Virus record (IMG/VR): IMGVR_UViG_3300013902_000006
DNA: 64,000 bases
Direction: 5' to 3' (one strand)
Source: a virus
Lineage: Duplodnaviria > Heunggongvirae > Uroviricota > Caudoviricetes
Shown here: positions 30,001 to 38,132 of the stretch, in pieces
Numbering within the stretch: position 1 is the stretch's first letter
How the letters are laid out: every line of letters starts with the position of its first letter
Notes under the pieces: generated by a model
Told to the model about the DNA's origin: nothing
Seen by the model: the letters and a program-made list of their open reading frames with translations, nothing else
The model's database searches: none
Translations under genes and position numbers: made by a program

Positions 30001-30230
30001 ATGATAATACAACTGCCAAGTCATTCAGAAGTGCCGTAGAGCCTATTTTGGATGACATTAGAAGCAAGAGAGGATTGACTGATTATCGTTTGGAAATTGA
30101 TGATAGCCAAGAGGCAAGGGATAGACTTGAACTTCCTGCCAAGATTTATTTGAAATTACAGCCAAATCTCGAATACATCGATATTAGTTTTGTCATAACT
30201 CCTAGCGGCAGTAATTTTGATGAAATATAA
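27057..30230 (+). CDS. gp18: Tail sheath protein (T4 gp18-like, 1057 aa)
   Basis: N-terminal HVSPGIYTKEVDLS..GPAFQP; C-terminal INVLATPG, YPWFPAAGYSRG, IWGDKNLQ, RISKRRLL and LEYIDISFVIT. Confidence 0.93.
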   Translation: MANTSNNNARQTHVSPGIYTKEVDLSYASKSLGITTLGVVGETVKGPAFQPILIENWRQFQTYFGGTNTTKFKGSQYPKYELPYIAKTYLEQSQQLQVCRVLGLSGTNAGPAWVISAYSSTPDSTSLGYKKEKPVVIAVLRSRGEHKKAAFVKAANKEQGICEDVYEYDKLIYYAKSVSLKASKTLSLSDDCNPGYSTVTGDFTVNAINYGTFTIEVTTNEDVTKNYAVTLNPNEKNYILNVLGTDPEDGEAELYVEELYDVALKQLIERGEIDAIKQEIDSYKPVRIIPSHEAVNDLLVEDESMLRRKDVGKRYLYSKSESVNNEDGKPLKIHTSSDKGKTWVAADGVAGHIYTVVAFTKSDGTRDYYYGEYTGDNGKNFKTELLTTPTVENEVCSEAVNVLSDGMTYILDTDDVYPITLDMNNYKEQYRYATTPWVVSEMKGSAEHVELSKLFRFNTISDGNASNTEVKVSIENIDPTNGTFDVLVRSFYDTDNAPVVLERYKGCDLIPGSQNYIAYKIGSTDESYETRSNYITVEVNENERTKNSIPAGFLGYPVRNYGGRCVVGDGVAPKLANPYVEYNTNIDDDVRITRQYFGLSDIVGIDADVFSYKGAEAYNGLPQGLTPSFHLDSRILNGTPNENGEVTEDNVTQTVSVDGITGYQWVTVGKGNTTEFGTEPRIGDEETMMNTIYEDKRYRKFTMAFYGGFDGWDYYRSSRSNTDDFIYRKYRGNLDTTSGHGASFDVIKDPENYGFDATEKVITSDWYAYLSAIRQFANPSTIDINVLATPGIDYVNNKMLVDEVIDMVENERADCVYVVTTPDKPFGASDSESEMYTPVDAVDNLDDSDIDSNYACTYYPWVKTFDADNNQYIYLPPTKDVVKNFAYTDNTAYPWFPAAGYSRGQISGVNPKKVLKLSEQDELYSGRINFINKFASEGMRIWGDKNLQVAESQMNRISKRRLLVRIRKLLSIACIGLVFDPNDNTTAKSFRSAVEPILDDIRSKRGLTDYRLEIDDSQEARDRLELPAKIYLKLQPNLEYIDISFVITPSGSNFDEI

Positions 30231-30237
30231 TCAACTG

Positions 30238-30279
30238 ATAAAAGGTAATTAATAAAAATTACCTTTTATTTTTTTTTTT
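30238..30279 (+). terminator. Intrinsic terminator after the sheath gene
   Basis: 13-bp stem ataaaaggtaatt / aattaccttttat followed by a long T run. Confidence 0.8.
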
Positions 30280-30327
30280 GTTAAATTTATCTAAATAATT
30301 TTGTTTAATTAAAAAATAATAGTAATT

Positions 30328-31857
30328 TTGCATTTCATGAAAATACGCATTAAAATGAGAAAATTAGGAAACAACCAATATGAACATATAACACGGGACG
30401 AAATAATACGAAGATTCAATGAAGTACATAAAGGAAGGTACATTTATGATAATGTAGAATATCAGTCAATGAACAAAGAGGTTGAAATTATATGTCCTAA
30501 GCACGGTATATTTAAACAGGTACCACAAAATCATCTAAAAGGTCAAGGCTGCCCATTGTGTGCTAAAGAAAAAAGGAACAAAAAAGAACGAGAAAAAGGA
30601 TTACAAAAATTAATAGACGAAGGAAGTAAAAGGTTTAATAATAAATTTATATATGATGAAGTTAAATATATTAATAATAAAACTAATGTAACAATAATAT
30701 GTCCTATACATGGTAGAATACAAATGACTCCTTATGATCATTTACATAGTGAATTTGGTTGTAAACAATGCGCATTGGATGATATAGGAAGAAAACGAGT
30801 AAATAGATATAAAATAACATTTCTGAATAAGGCAAACGATTTACATAATAATAAATATAAATATTGTCTTGATGACTATAATGGGGTTGATTGTAAGATG
30901 AAAATAACGTGCCCAATACATGGAATGTTTATACAAACGATACATGACCACCTACAGGGTTGTGGCTGTCCTAAATGTAGTGTTAAACTATCCAAGGCAG
31001 AGGACGAAATTGCTGAAGCAATTAAAAATTTTGGAAACACTGATTTAATTCGAAGAGATAGAAACATATTAAGGCCAAAAGAACTCGACATCTATATACC
31101 GTCAAAGAAAATCGCAATAGAATATGATGGACTTATATGGCATAGTGAGAAGTTTAAAGATAAGGCGTTTAACTATCATTTAGATAAGACTGAAAAATGT
31201 GCCGAGAAGGGTGTTCGTCTAATCCACATATTCGAGGATGAGTGGCTTGAGAAGCCACAAATCATCAAGTCGATGCTCAGTAATATCCTCGGGAAGACAA
31301 GCGGCCGTCTGTACGCACGTCAGTGCGAGGTACGTGACGTTGATTCAAGGACTGCGATGCAGTTCCTTGATGATAATCACATACAGGGACGTTGCAAGGC
31401 AAAGTACCATTACGGACTTTATTATAACGGAGAACTCGTTTCGTTAATGACATTAGGAAAGACCCGTCAGCAGAGGAAGTACAACGAGAACTACGACAAC
31501 ACGTGGGAGTTGTTGCGTTTCTGCAACAAGTTGGACACGTCGGTCGTCGGTGGGGCAAGCAAGTTGCTCAAACATTTCATTAGTGAGGTAAAACCTCACC
31601 GAATCGTGACCTACGCTGACAAGCGTTGGAGTGTCGGCAACCTGTACGAGAGGTTGGGCTTCGCCCACACGCACGACAGCAAGCCGAATTACTTCTACGT
31701 GGTGGGTCAACACCGTGAGAATCGTTTCAAGTACCGCAAGGGTGAGCTTGTAAAGCAAGGGTACGATTCAGTCAAGTCCGAACACGAGATAATGCTTGAA
31801 CGTGGAATACCGAGGATATATGATTGCGGAACGATGGTGTTCGAAATGAAACTATAA
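30328..31857 (+). CDS. Putative homing endonuclease: 3 zinc-ribbon repeats + PD-(D/E)XK nuclease + GNAT-like domain (Hef-like)
   Basis: CPKH/CPIH repeats; ELDIYIP..IAIEYDGLIWH and HIFEDEW; LYARQC..GGASKLL..TYADKRWSVGNLY. The track start is TTG; an internal ATG (30337 or 30355) is more likely. Confidence 0.78.
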   Translation: MHFMKIRIKMRKLGNNQYEHITRDEIIRRFNEVHKGRYIYDNVEYQSMNKEVEIICPKHGIFKQVPQNHLKGQGCPLCAKEKRNKKEREKGLQKLIDEGSKRFNNKFIYDEVKYINNKTNVTIICPIHGRIQMTPYDHLHSEFGCKQCALDDIGRKRVNRYKITFLNKANDLHNNKYKYCLDDYNGVDCKMKITCPIHGMFIQTIHDHLQGCGCPKCSVKLSKAEDEIAEAIKNFGNTDLIRRDRNILRPKELDIYIPSKKIAIEYDGLIWHSEKFKDKAFNYHLDKTEKCAEKGVRLIHIFEDEWLEKPQIIKSMLSNILGKTSGRLYARQCEVRDVDSRTAMQFLDDNHIQGRCKAKYHYGLYYNGELVSLMTLGKTRQQRKYNENYDNTWELLRFCNKLDTSVVGGASKLLKHFISEVKPHRIVTYADKRWSVGNLYERLGFAHTHDSKPNYFYVVGQHRENRFKYRKGELVKQGYDSVKSEHEIMLERGIPRIYDCGTMVFEMKL

Positions 31858-31905
31858 TTTCTCGTTAGTCTGACTATTTATTTATAAGTTAAATTTTGTA
31901 TACAA

Positions 31906-32280
31906 ATGAAAAATAAGAATAGAGAAGCAATAAATGAAATGAAATTAATGTTGGATGAAAATAAAAGTCTAACGTTAGAGAATTTTGTAATGCCTCATAC
32001 GGAGAATGAGGAAGAAGATTTCGGTGGAGGAAATGATGAAGGAAGCTTTGGTGAAGAGACACCCGTAAATAACGATGTTGACAAGGCAGAGGATAATAAT
32101 TCCGACGATATAACTGGTATCGAGAAAGAACTCACTCAGATAAGAAAAATTGCCCTAAGTGTAATAAATAGATTGGCAGATAGACCAACTTGTCCTCAAT
32201 ATGACACGATGAAAAAGATATGGAATATGGTAGATAAAGCCATTGAACAGCCACAGACGGGTAACAAACCTGTTGAATAA
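31906..32280 (+). CDS. Hypothetical acidic protein (124 aa)
   Basis: ORF preceded by a TATTTATA motif; acidic linker and helical C-terminus. Confidence 0.6.
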   Translation: MKNKNREAINEMKLMLDENKSLTLENFVMPHTENEEEDFGGGNDEGSFGEETPVNNDVDKAEDNNSDDITGIEKELTQIRKIALSVINRLADRPTCPQYDTMKKIWNMVDKAIEQPQTGNKPVE

Positions 32281-32294
32281 TATAACAAAGGAAG

Positions 32295-33449
32295 TCAAGA
32301 CAATATGGCTTCCTTTAATTCTTTTAATGATGTTATAGTATTGTAACGGTATTCTAAATTATTATGAGCAAAATACAGTAGTTTAATATTATGTTCTCTA
32401 CATAGACGATACTTCAAGTCGTCTCTACGTTCAATTATTAATAGATTATTTTCACCTCCGAAAAAGTCAATTGGCTTGAAATGCTGTATTCCTTGACATT
32501 CGATTGCGGTATTTAAGTTAGGGAGATAAAAATCCAAAAATAGATTGTTTTTATCTTTTAACCAATCGAACGTTTTTTCCTGAATGAAATCAATATTGTT
32601 ATTAATTAGAAATAGTCTAACTTCTTCTTCCAAATGACTTTGATTACAAATAGGGCAACCGGAATGCCTATTCAAGAAGTTATCCAATAATACTTTGAAA
32701 TCTCCGTGAACAGGACAAGTCACTGTAATTTTTCCGTCATCATCTCTATTTTCCATAATGTCTTTGTCGTAAATATACGCACCTTTACCGAATGTGTCTT
32801 CAGCCCTTTTTATAAAGGCATTGTAGCTCATTCTTTGTTTAAGACCACCTTTTTTATAACGGCATAAATCACATCCTTGCCCTTTCCTTAAACTATAGTA
32901 GTTTAAGTTTCTAATTCCGTGTATGGGGCAAATGACCTTAATTCTATATCTTTCATCGTGCTCCGAAAACTTTGTTATACTAAAGTCTAGATCCTTGTGA
33001 ATTTTTGATAACTCAGACTTTACTTCATTGTCTTTCTTTGAAGAACCGTTGCAATATGGGCATATGCATCCTTCCATGAAATGTGAAGGTCTCATTTTGA
33101 ATTCTCCATGTTTCTTGCATTTTATAATGATTCTTCCCTTTTCATCCTTTGTGCCGACATCAAGTTCTGAGAAATCATAGTTTTCGATATCATCGTGAGT
33201 TAATTTAGATTTTTGGATAAATTTTTCATTTGTTAGTTTTCTTGTCTCTATATTCCTAAGAAAGCCGCATTTTCGACACCCACGTTTGAGATGAATATGA
33301 TTCCAATATGTCTGATAAAAATCTCCGTGTTCAGGACAAATTATATGTAATTTTTCATTTACATTGTTAATATCTGTAATATTATCGTAGTTATATCTAT
33401 CTCCGTGAATTTTAATCGCATTTCTTAAAATAGTATCTTTGTCAATCAT
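32295..33449 (-). CDS. Putative homing endonuclease: 4 zinc-ribbon repeats + PD-(D/E)XK nuclease
   Basis: CPEH/CKKH/CPIH/CPVH repeats; LFLDFYLP..AIECQGIQHFKPIDFFGG. Confidence 0.75.
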   Translation of the reverse strand: MIDKDTILRNAIKIHGDRYNYDNITDINNVNEKLHIICPEHGDFYQTYWNHIHLKRGCRKCGFLRNIETRKLTNEKFIQKSKLTHDDIENYDFSELDVGTKDEKGRIIIKCKKHGEFKMRPSHFMEGCICPYCNGSSKKDNEVKSELSKIHKDLDFSITKFSEHDERYRIKVICPIHGIRNLNYYSLRKGQGCDLCRYKKGGLKQRMSYNAFIKRAEDTFGKGAYIYDKDIMENRDDDGKITVTCPVHGDFKVLLDNFLNRHSGCPICNQSHLEEEVRLFLINNNIDFIQEKTFDWLKDKNNLFLDFYLPNLNTAIECQGIQHFKPIDFFGGENNLLIIERRDDLKYRLCREHNIKLLYFAHNNLEYRYNTITSLKELKEAILS

Positions 33450-33460
33450 TAGAATAAAAG

Positions 33461-33655
33461 TTATTTAATTCGTACTTTAAAATTCTTTTTTATGTTTTTC
33501 ATTTTCTTCTCAAGTCTTTGAATTCGTTTTGAAAACATTTTAACCATCGTGTTATATGTGTATCCACAAATACGATAGTTATTAACATCCTTATTAAACG
33601 AGAATTTATCAGTTATAAATCGAGAATATTTCAAGTTCTTCAATATGGAATACAA
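33461..33655 (-). CDS. Small basic hypothetical protein (64 aa)
   Basis: TTG-start ORF filling the gap between two co-oriented nuclease genes. Confidence 0.3.
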   Translation of the reverse strand: MYSILKNLKYSRFITDKFSFNKDVNNYRICGYTYNTMVKMFSKRIQRLEKKMKNIKKNFKVRIK

Positions 33656-33691
33656 TTCAGATACTTTTTATAGTGTCTTTAGTTATTGTTT

Positions 33692-34849
33692 TCATAATAA
33701 TTTTTTGTCTGATTTTAAATTATATAATGTTTCTCTTAAATTTTCTAATGTTTTAATAATCGAAAAATTACCTTCATAATTATCGCCGTTACTGAAATAA
33801 ATAACGTCGATGTCATGTTCACGGCATAGTCTGTGTTTAGTCTCATCTCGTTTGATGGTTTTAACAAAAGATTCCTCACCTCCGAAAAAGTCAATTGGTT
33901 TGAAATGCTGTATTCCTTGACATTCAATAGCAATATTATATTCTGATAGATAGAAATCTAAATACAGATGGTTTTTATATTTAAGCCAACTAAAGGTTTT
34001 TTGTTGCTCAAAATCAATATTCTCTTTCGATAAGAAATCTTTTATCTGTTCTTCAAGCTTACTTGTCTGGCATTTCTTACAACCGTAACCTTGTAAATGA
34101 GATTGTGCTATCTGTTCGAAGTCTCCATGTATAGGGCAAGTCACTGTTATTCTATTATGTAAATTACCATTTAATTCTGTTTTATTATATATGTATTTAT
34201 CCTTATGTATTTCTTTAAAACGTTTAATTAATGCCTCATCGTTGTAAGATAGACTTTTTGACCTTTTTATTATTCCGCACTTAGGGCAGCCTTGACCTAT
34301 TCGATGTTTTGATGGTGTAATTTTAAATTCTCCGTGTATAGGACAGATTACCGTAGCTTTTTCGTACATTTTATTATAAATGAAACTTGAATAATCGTAT
34401 TTATTTCCGTGGATTTCACGAAATTCACTTATGACGTCTTCCGTTGTTAAGTGTATACCACTACATTTAGGGCAGCCTTGACCTTGTAAATGATTCAATG
34501 GTGACATTTTAAAAACACCATGTTTCTTACATATGATGTCAACTTTGGTATCCATATTTTTATAATTAACTCTCGAATAATCATATACGTTTCCGTGTTT
34601 TTCGTTAAAACGTTTGATAACTTCGTCTTGTGACAATGACAATTTTTTGTTTTTCCTCAGATTACCGCACTTAGGACACCCATAACCACGCAGATAATCG
34701 GCGGGTCTGACGTAAAATTCACCATGTTCGGGACAGATAACACATATCTTCGTTTGAGAATTAATATAGACAACCTTGTCGTGTACATATCGTTCACCAT
34801 ATAGTTTAATGGCTTTCTCTATGAATATTTCCTTGGTATATTTTCTCAT
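33692..34849 (-). CDS. Putative homing endonuclease: 4 zinc-ribbon repeats + PD-(D/E)XK nuclease
   Basis: CPEH/CKKH/CPIH/CPIH repeats; LYLDFYL..IAIECQGIQHFKPIDFFGG. Confidence 0.75.
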   Translation of the reverse strand: MRKYTKEIFIEKAIKLYGERYVHDKVVYINSQTKICVICPEHGEFYVRPADYLRGYGCPKCGNLRKNKKLSLSQDEVIKRFNEKHGNVYDYSRVNYKNMDTKVDIICKKHGVFKMSPLNHLQGQGCPKCSGIHLTTEDVISEFREIHGNKYDYSSFIYNKMYEKATVICPIHGEFKITPSKHRIGQGCPKCGIIKRSKSLSYNDEALIKRFKEIHKDKYIYNKTELNGNLHNRITVTCPIHGDFEQIAQSHLQGYGCKKCQTSKLEEQIKDFLSKENIDFEQQKTFSWLKYKNHLYLDFYLSEYNIAIECQGIQHFKPIDFFGGEESFVKTIKRDETKHRLCREHDIDVIYFSNGDNYEGNFSIIKTLENLRETLYNLKSDKKLL

Positions 34850-34940
34850 ATAAATTTTTTCATTAAAAATTAATAAACAAAGATAATACTATTTATTAAA
34901 ATATACAAAATTGGATTATTGTAAAAATCGTTAATAATAG

Positions 34941-34948
34941 ATATTTAT
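34941..34948 (+). promoter_or_regulatory. Candidate late promoter motif ATATTTAT
   Basis: Lies 35 nt upstream of the tail tube gene. Confidence 0.4.
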
Positions 34949-34983
34949 AATAAAATAATAAGAATTTTAAATAGTTTTAAGAC

Positions 34984-35472
34984 ATGGGAGATTTACTTTT
35001 GAATATGCCTCTTGAATATGAGCCACTTCGCAAGAACCGATTTTTGCTTCGTTTCCCTTCCGATCTAGGCATTCAAGAGTGGTGGGTGTCAAATGCATCA
35101 AGACCTACGATTACAATGGGAGAAACCGAGATACCTTTCTTGAATACATCAACTTGGGTTGTCGGCCGTTATATTTGGGAACAGATTAATGTCACCTTAC
35201 GTGACCCTATTGGTCCAAGTGCGTCACAGGCAATCATGGAATGGGTACGTTTGTCTTCTGAAAGTGTAACTGGTAGACAAGGTTATGCAGTCGCATATAA
35301 GAGAGATTTGGTGCTTGAAATGCTCGATCCAACAGGATGTGCTGTTAGTCAATGGATAATTAAGAATGCCTTTATTGTCAGTGCTGCTGGCGGTGACTTG
35401 TCATATGATGACGATTCATTGGCAACTTGGGAGTTGACCATCAGACCTGACTATTGCATATTGAGTTACTAA
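34984..35472 (+). CDS. gp19: Tail tube protein (T4 gp19-like)
   Basis: RKNRFLLRF..ASRPTI..EIPFLN..WEQINVTLRDPI..EW..YKRDLVLEMLDPTG..GDLSY pattern; 162 aa. Confidence 0.88.
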   Translation: MGDLLLNMPLEYEPLRKNRFLLRFPSDLGIQEWWVSNASRPTITMGETEIPFLNTSTWVVGRYIWEQINVTLRDPIGPSASQAIMEWVRLSSESVTGRQGYAVAYKRDLVLEMLDPTGCAVSQWIIKNAFIVSAAGGDLSYDDDSLATWELTIRPDYCILSY

Positions 35473-35497
35473 TAAATGACATTCTTGATGACTATAT

Positions 35498-35537
35498 AAA
35501 TGTGAGATAGATTTCTATAATTTGTCTCACATTTTTT
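35498..35537 (+). terminator. Intrinsic terminator after the tube gene
   Basis: Stem aaatgtgaga / tctcacattt with further inner pairing, followed by a T run. Confidence 0.7.
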
Positions 35538-35556
35538 GCCTTTAGTTCAAAACTTT

Positions 35557-35568
35557 GTAGTATATTTG
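35557..35568 (+). promoter_or_regulatory. Bacteroidota-type promoter (GTAG TATATTTG) for the 619-aa nuclease
   Basis: TAnnTTTG at 35561-35568, with TTTG at 35535-35538 (22-nt spacer). Confidence 0.6.
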
Positions 35569-35593
35569 CGTCGCAATAGTAAATTGATAAAAG

Positions 35594-37453
35594 ATGCCAA
35601 AGATATATACGACAGAAAGCATAACAGAAAGATTTAAATTAAAGAACAGACAAGGTTTCGATTATTCCAAGGTCGATTACAAAGGAATGGGTATTCCTGT
35701 AACAGTAATTTGTCCTATCCACGGAGATATAGAGTTGACTCCCTCTCAGATATTAAGAAACGTTGGTTGCCCTATATGTACAAATGATAAGTTAACACAA
35801 CTTAGGACAAATAAAAATGATTTCATAAGAGATGCCATTAGTATGCATCAAGACAAGTATGATTATTCAAAGGTGGAATATAAAGGAGTAATAGAGAAAG
35901 TCTGTATCATTTGTCCCGAACACGGTGAGTTTTGGCAATCACCACGTATACATTTAAGGGGTTGTGGTTGTCCTATATGCGGCTCGGTAAAACAAAACGA
36001 TGCGACAAGACTAACTAAAAATGATTTCATACGAAAGGCGAGAGAAATCCATGGATACAAATACGATTACTCAAAAGTAAACTATATCAATAATTTAACT
36101 AAGATTTGTATAATCTGCCCTAAACACGGAGAGTTTTGGCAAACACCAAATAAGCATTTATTAGGTCAAGGATGTCCTATATGTGGAGGAACTAAAAGAT
36201 TAACAACGGAAGAATTCATTAGAAAGGCGAGAGAAATCCATGGAGATAAATACGACTATACAAAAGTAGACTACATAAATAATTCGGTCAAGGTTTGTAT
36301 CATTTGTCCTGAACATGGAGAATTTTGGCAAACGCCGCATAATCATCTGATAGGGCATGGTTGCCCTAAATGCAAGAACAAAAAGATTTCAAATTCAGAG
36401 ACGAAAACTACCGAAAAGTTTATATTAGAAGCGAGAGAAATCCATGGAGATAAATACGATTATTCGAGAACGAAATATCTAAGTGCCAAAGATAAAATCC
36501 TCATAATATGTCCCGAACACGGAGAGTTTTGGCAAGAGGCAAGTTCGCATCTAAGTGGTTGTGGCTGCCCAAAGTGTAACCATATAATTAGCAAAGCCGA
36601 AATGGAGATAACAGACTTCATTAAGAGTAGCCACGAAATAGAGGTAATTACGAATAACCGCAATATGCTTACGGGACATAAGGAGTTGGATATTTACATC
36701 CCTTCATTGAAAATTGCATTCGAATACGATGGAATGGTATGGCATAGTGATAGGTTTAAGATAGATTCAAATTATCATCTTAATAAGACGGAAGAATGCT
36801 TGAAACAAGGAATAAAATTATATCATATATTTGAATATGAATGGATGAATAAACGAGAAATCGTAAAACGTAAAATAGAACGGATATTGGGTATTTTCGA
36901 TATCGAAAACAATGTATTAAACAAATGTAATGTTATGGAGATAAATGAAGAAATGGCCAAGAATTTTAATGAGACAAACAATTTGCAAGGACATTTCGCC
37001 TCTTCGTTGTACATAGGTGGATTCTATAATAGCAAGTTAGTATCCGTGATGGCATTATTAAGAGAGAATAATAATGAATGGAGAATAACAAGACTCAGTT
37101 GCAATACAAATAATTACGTTGTTTTTAAAAAGTCAATGAATTATTTCATAAATAAATACAAACCGCACAAAATAGAAGCATTCGACGACAGGAGATGGGT
37201 TGCTGAACAAACTGATAGCTTATATAATAGATTGGGCTTCGATTTTGCGGATGTAATTTCACCTGATTATGGTTACACGAGAGGACAGAATGATTACATA
37301 ACAAAGACTTTCTTCGAAAAAGATAAACTGATTAAACAATATAGTAAAATGCACGAACTTACTGATGATATGACAGTGGATGAAATGATCAGAAAACTTG
37401 GTTATTATCGCATATACGACTGTGGACAATATAAATACGTGTGGAAACGGTAA
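35594..37453 (+). CDS. Putative homing endonuclease: 5 zinc-ribbon repeats + PD-(D/E)XK nuclease + GNAT-like domain (Hef-like)
   Basis: Five CP(I/E/K)HG repeats; [18 protein letters not shown] and HIFEYEW; AFDDRRW..LYNRLGF..IYDCG. Confidence 0.78.
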   Translation: MPKIYTTESITERFKLKNRQGFDYSKVDYKGMGIPVTVICPIHGDIELTPSQILRNVGCPICTNDKLTQLRTNKNDFIRDAISMHQDKYDYSKVEYKGVIEKVCIICPEHGEFWQSPRIHLRGCGCPICGSVKQNDATRLTKNDFIRKAREIHGYKYDYSKVNYINNLTKICIICPKHGEFWQTPNKHLLGQGCPICGGTKRLTTEEFIRKAREIHGDKYDYTKVDYINNSVKVCIICPEHGEFWQTPHNHLIGHGCPKCKNKKISNSETKTTEKFILEAREIHGDKYDYSRTKYLSAKDKILIICPEHGEFWQEASSHLSGCGCPKCNHIISKAEMEITDFIKSSHEIEVITNNRNMLTGHKELDIYIPSLKIAFEYDGMVWHSDRFKIDSNYHLNKTEECLKQGIKLYHIFEYEWMNKREIVKRKIERILGIFDIENNVLNKCNVMEINEEMAKNFNETNNLQGHFASSLYIGGFYNSKLVSVMALLRENNNEWRITRLSCNTNNYVVFKKSMNYFINKYKPHKIEAFDDRRWVAEQTDSLYNRLGFDFADVISPDYGYTRGQNDYITKTFFEKDKLIKQYSKMHELTDDMTVDEMIRKLGYYRIYDCGQYKYVWKR

Positions 37454-37471
37454 TTTATTATATATCTGATG

Positions 37472-37479
37472 ATATTTAT
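37472..37479 (+). promoter_or_regulatory. Candidate late promoter motif ATATTTAT
   Basis: Lies 27 nt upstream of the 183-aa gene. Confidence 0.4.
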
Positions 37480-37506
37480 AATTAATTACAAGTATCAGTT
37501 ATAAAT

Positions 37507-38058
37507 ATGAACAGAATGAATAAAATAGACGAAAGTAAATTACGTCAGATAATCAAGGAGAGCGTCAAGAAGGTAATTTCCGAACTCGATTGGAAAACAT
37601 ATGCGAATGCCGCCAATAAGTCATTGGAAAGAGGTAATACTTCCTATTGGAAAAATAAAGGCGAAAGCCCCAATGGTGCGATAGGAAAGGCAGTCGATGC
37701 AAGAAATAGGTCACAACGTTTCGGCAATGCAGCAAAGGATGCCTTTAATAGGGACTACGGTTATAAGAATGGTGATATGTGGGATGATGATTTCGCCGAC
37801 GTAAGGTTAGGAGGTGACTTTGATGCAAGCGAGGAATTCGGTCCTCACGTTGTAGGCCGAAAGGATAAAGGTTATGGAAATCCTGCGAAGTTTGAACACG
37901 GATGGGACGACAACAAAATGACCCATAGTACACCAGAGGATTTCTTCGGAGATAACGGTGATGCCGCACAGTCATACAGAAATGCTGATGCTGAGGTGAA
38001 GAATTACAAGAAAGGAAATTATCGTTATGACAAAGGCGATGGATGGAAATTAAAATAA
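37507..38058 (+). CDS. Hypothetical protein, possibly an internal head protein (183 aa)
   Basis: N-terminal IDESKLRQIIKESVKKVISE leader followed by a Gly/Asp-rich body. Confidence 0.55.
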   Translation: MNRMNKIDESKLRQIIKESVKKVISELDWKTYANAANKSLERGNTSYWKNKGESPNGAIGKAVDARNRSQRFGNAAKDAFNRDYGYKNGDMWDDDFADVRLGGDFDASEEFGPHVVGRKDKGYGNPAKFEHGWDDNKMTHSTPEDFFGDNGDAAQSYRNADAEVKNYKKGNYRYDKGDGWKLK

Positions 38059-38087
38059 AGCCGATAGTAAGTAATTCCGAATAACAC

Positions 38088-38123
38088 ATTCCACATAGTT
38101 ATTGTCAACTATGTGGAATTTTT
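38088..38123 (+). terminator. Intrinsic terminator
   Basis: 13-bp stem attccacatagtt / aactatgtggaat, 6-nt loop, followed by a T run. Confidence 0.8.
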
Positions 38124-38132
38124 ATATAAAAG

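Noticed and set aside
31238-31758. Alternative-frame ORFs of 69, 93 and 101 aa
   Set aside because: They coincide with the GC-rich patch, where stop codons are rarer, and overlap a well-supported gene.
11694-37453. Insertion sequences or transposases as the identity of the repeated nuclease genes
   Set aside because: No DDE, HUH or serine recombinase motifs, terminal inverted repeats or target-site duplications were seen.
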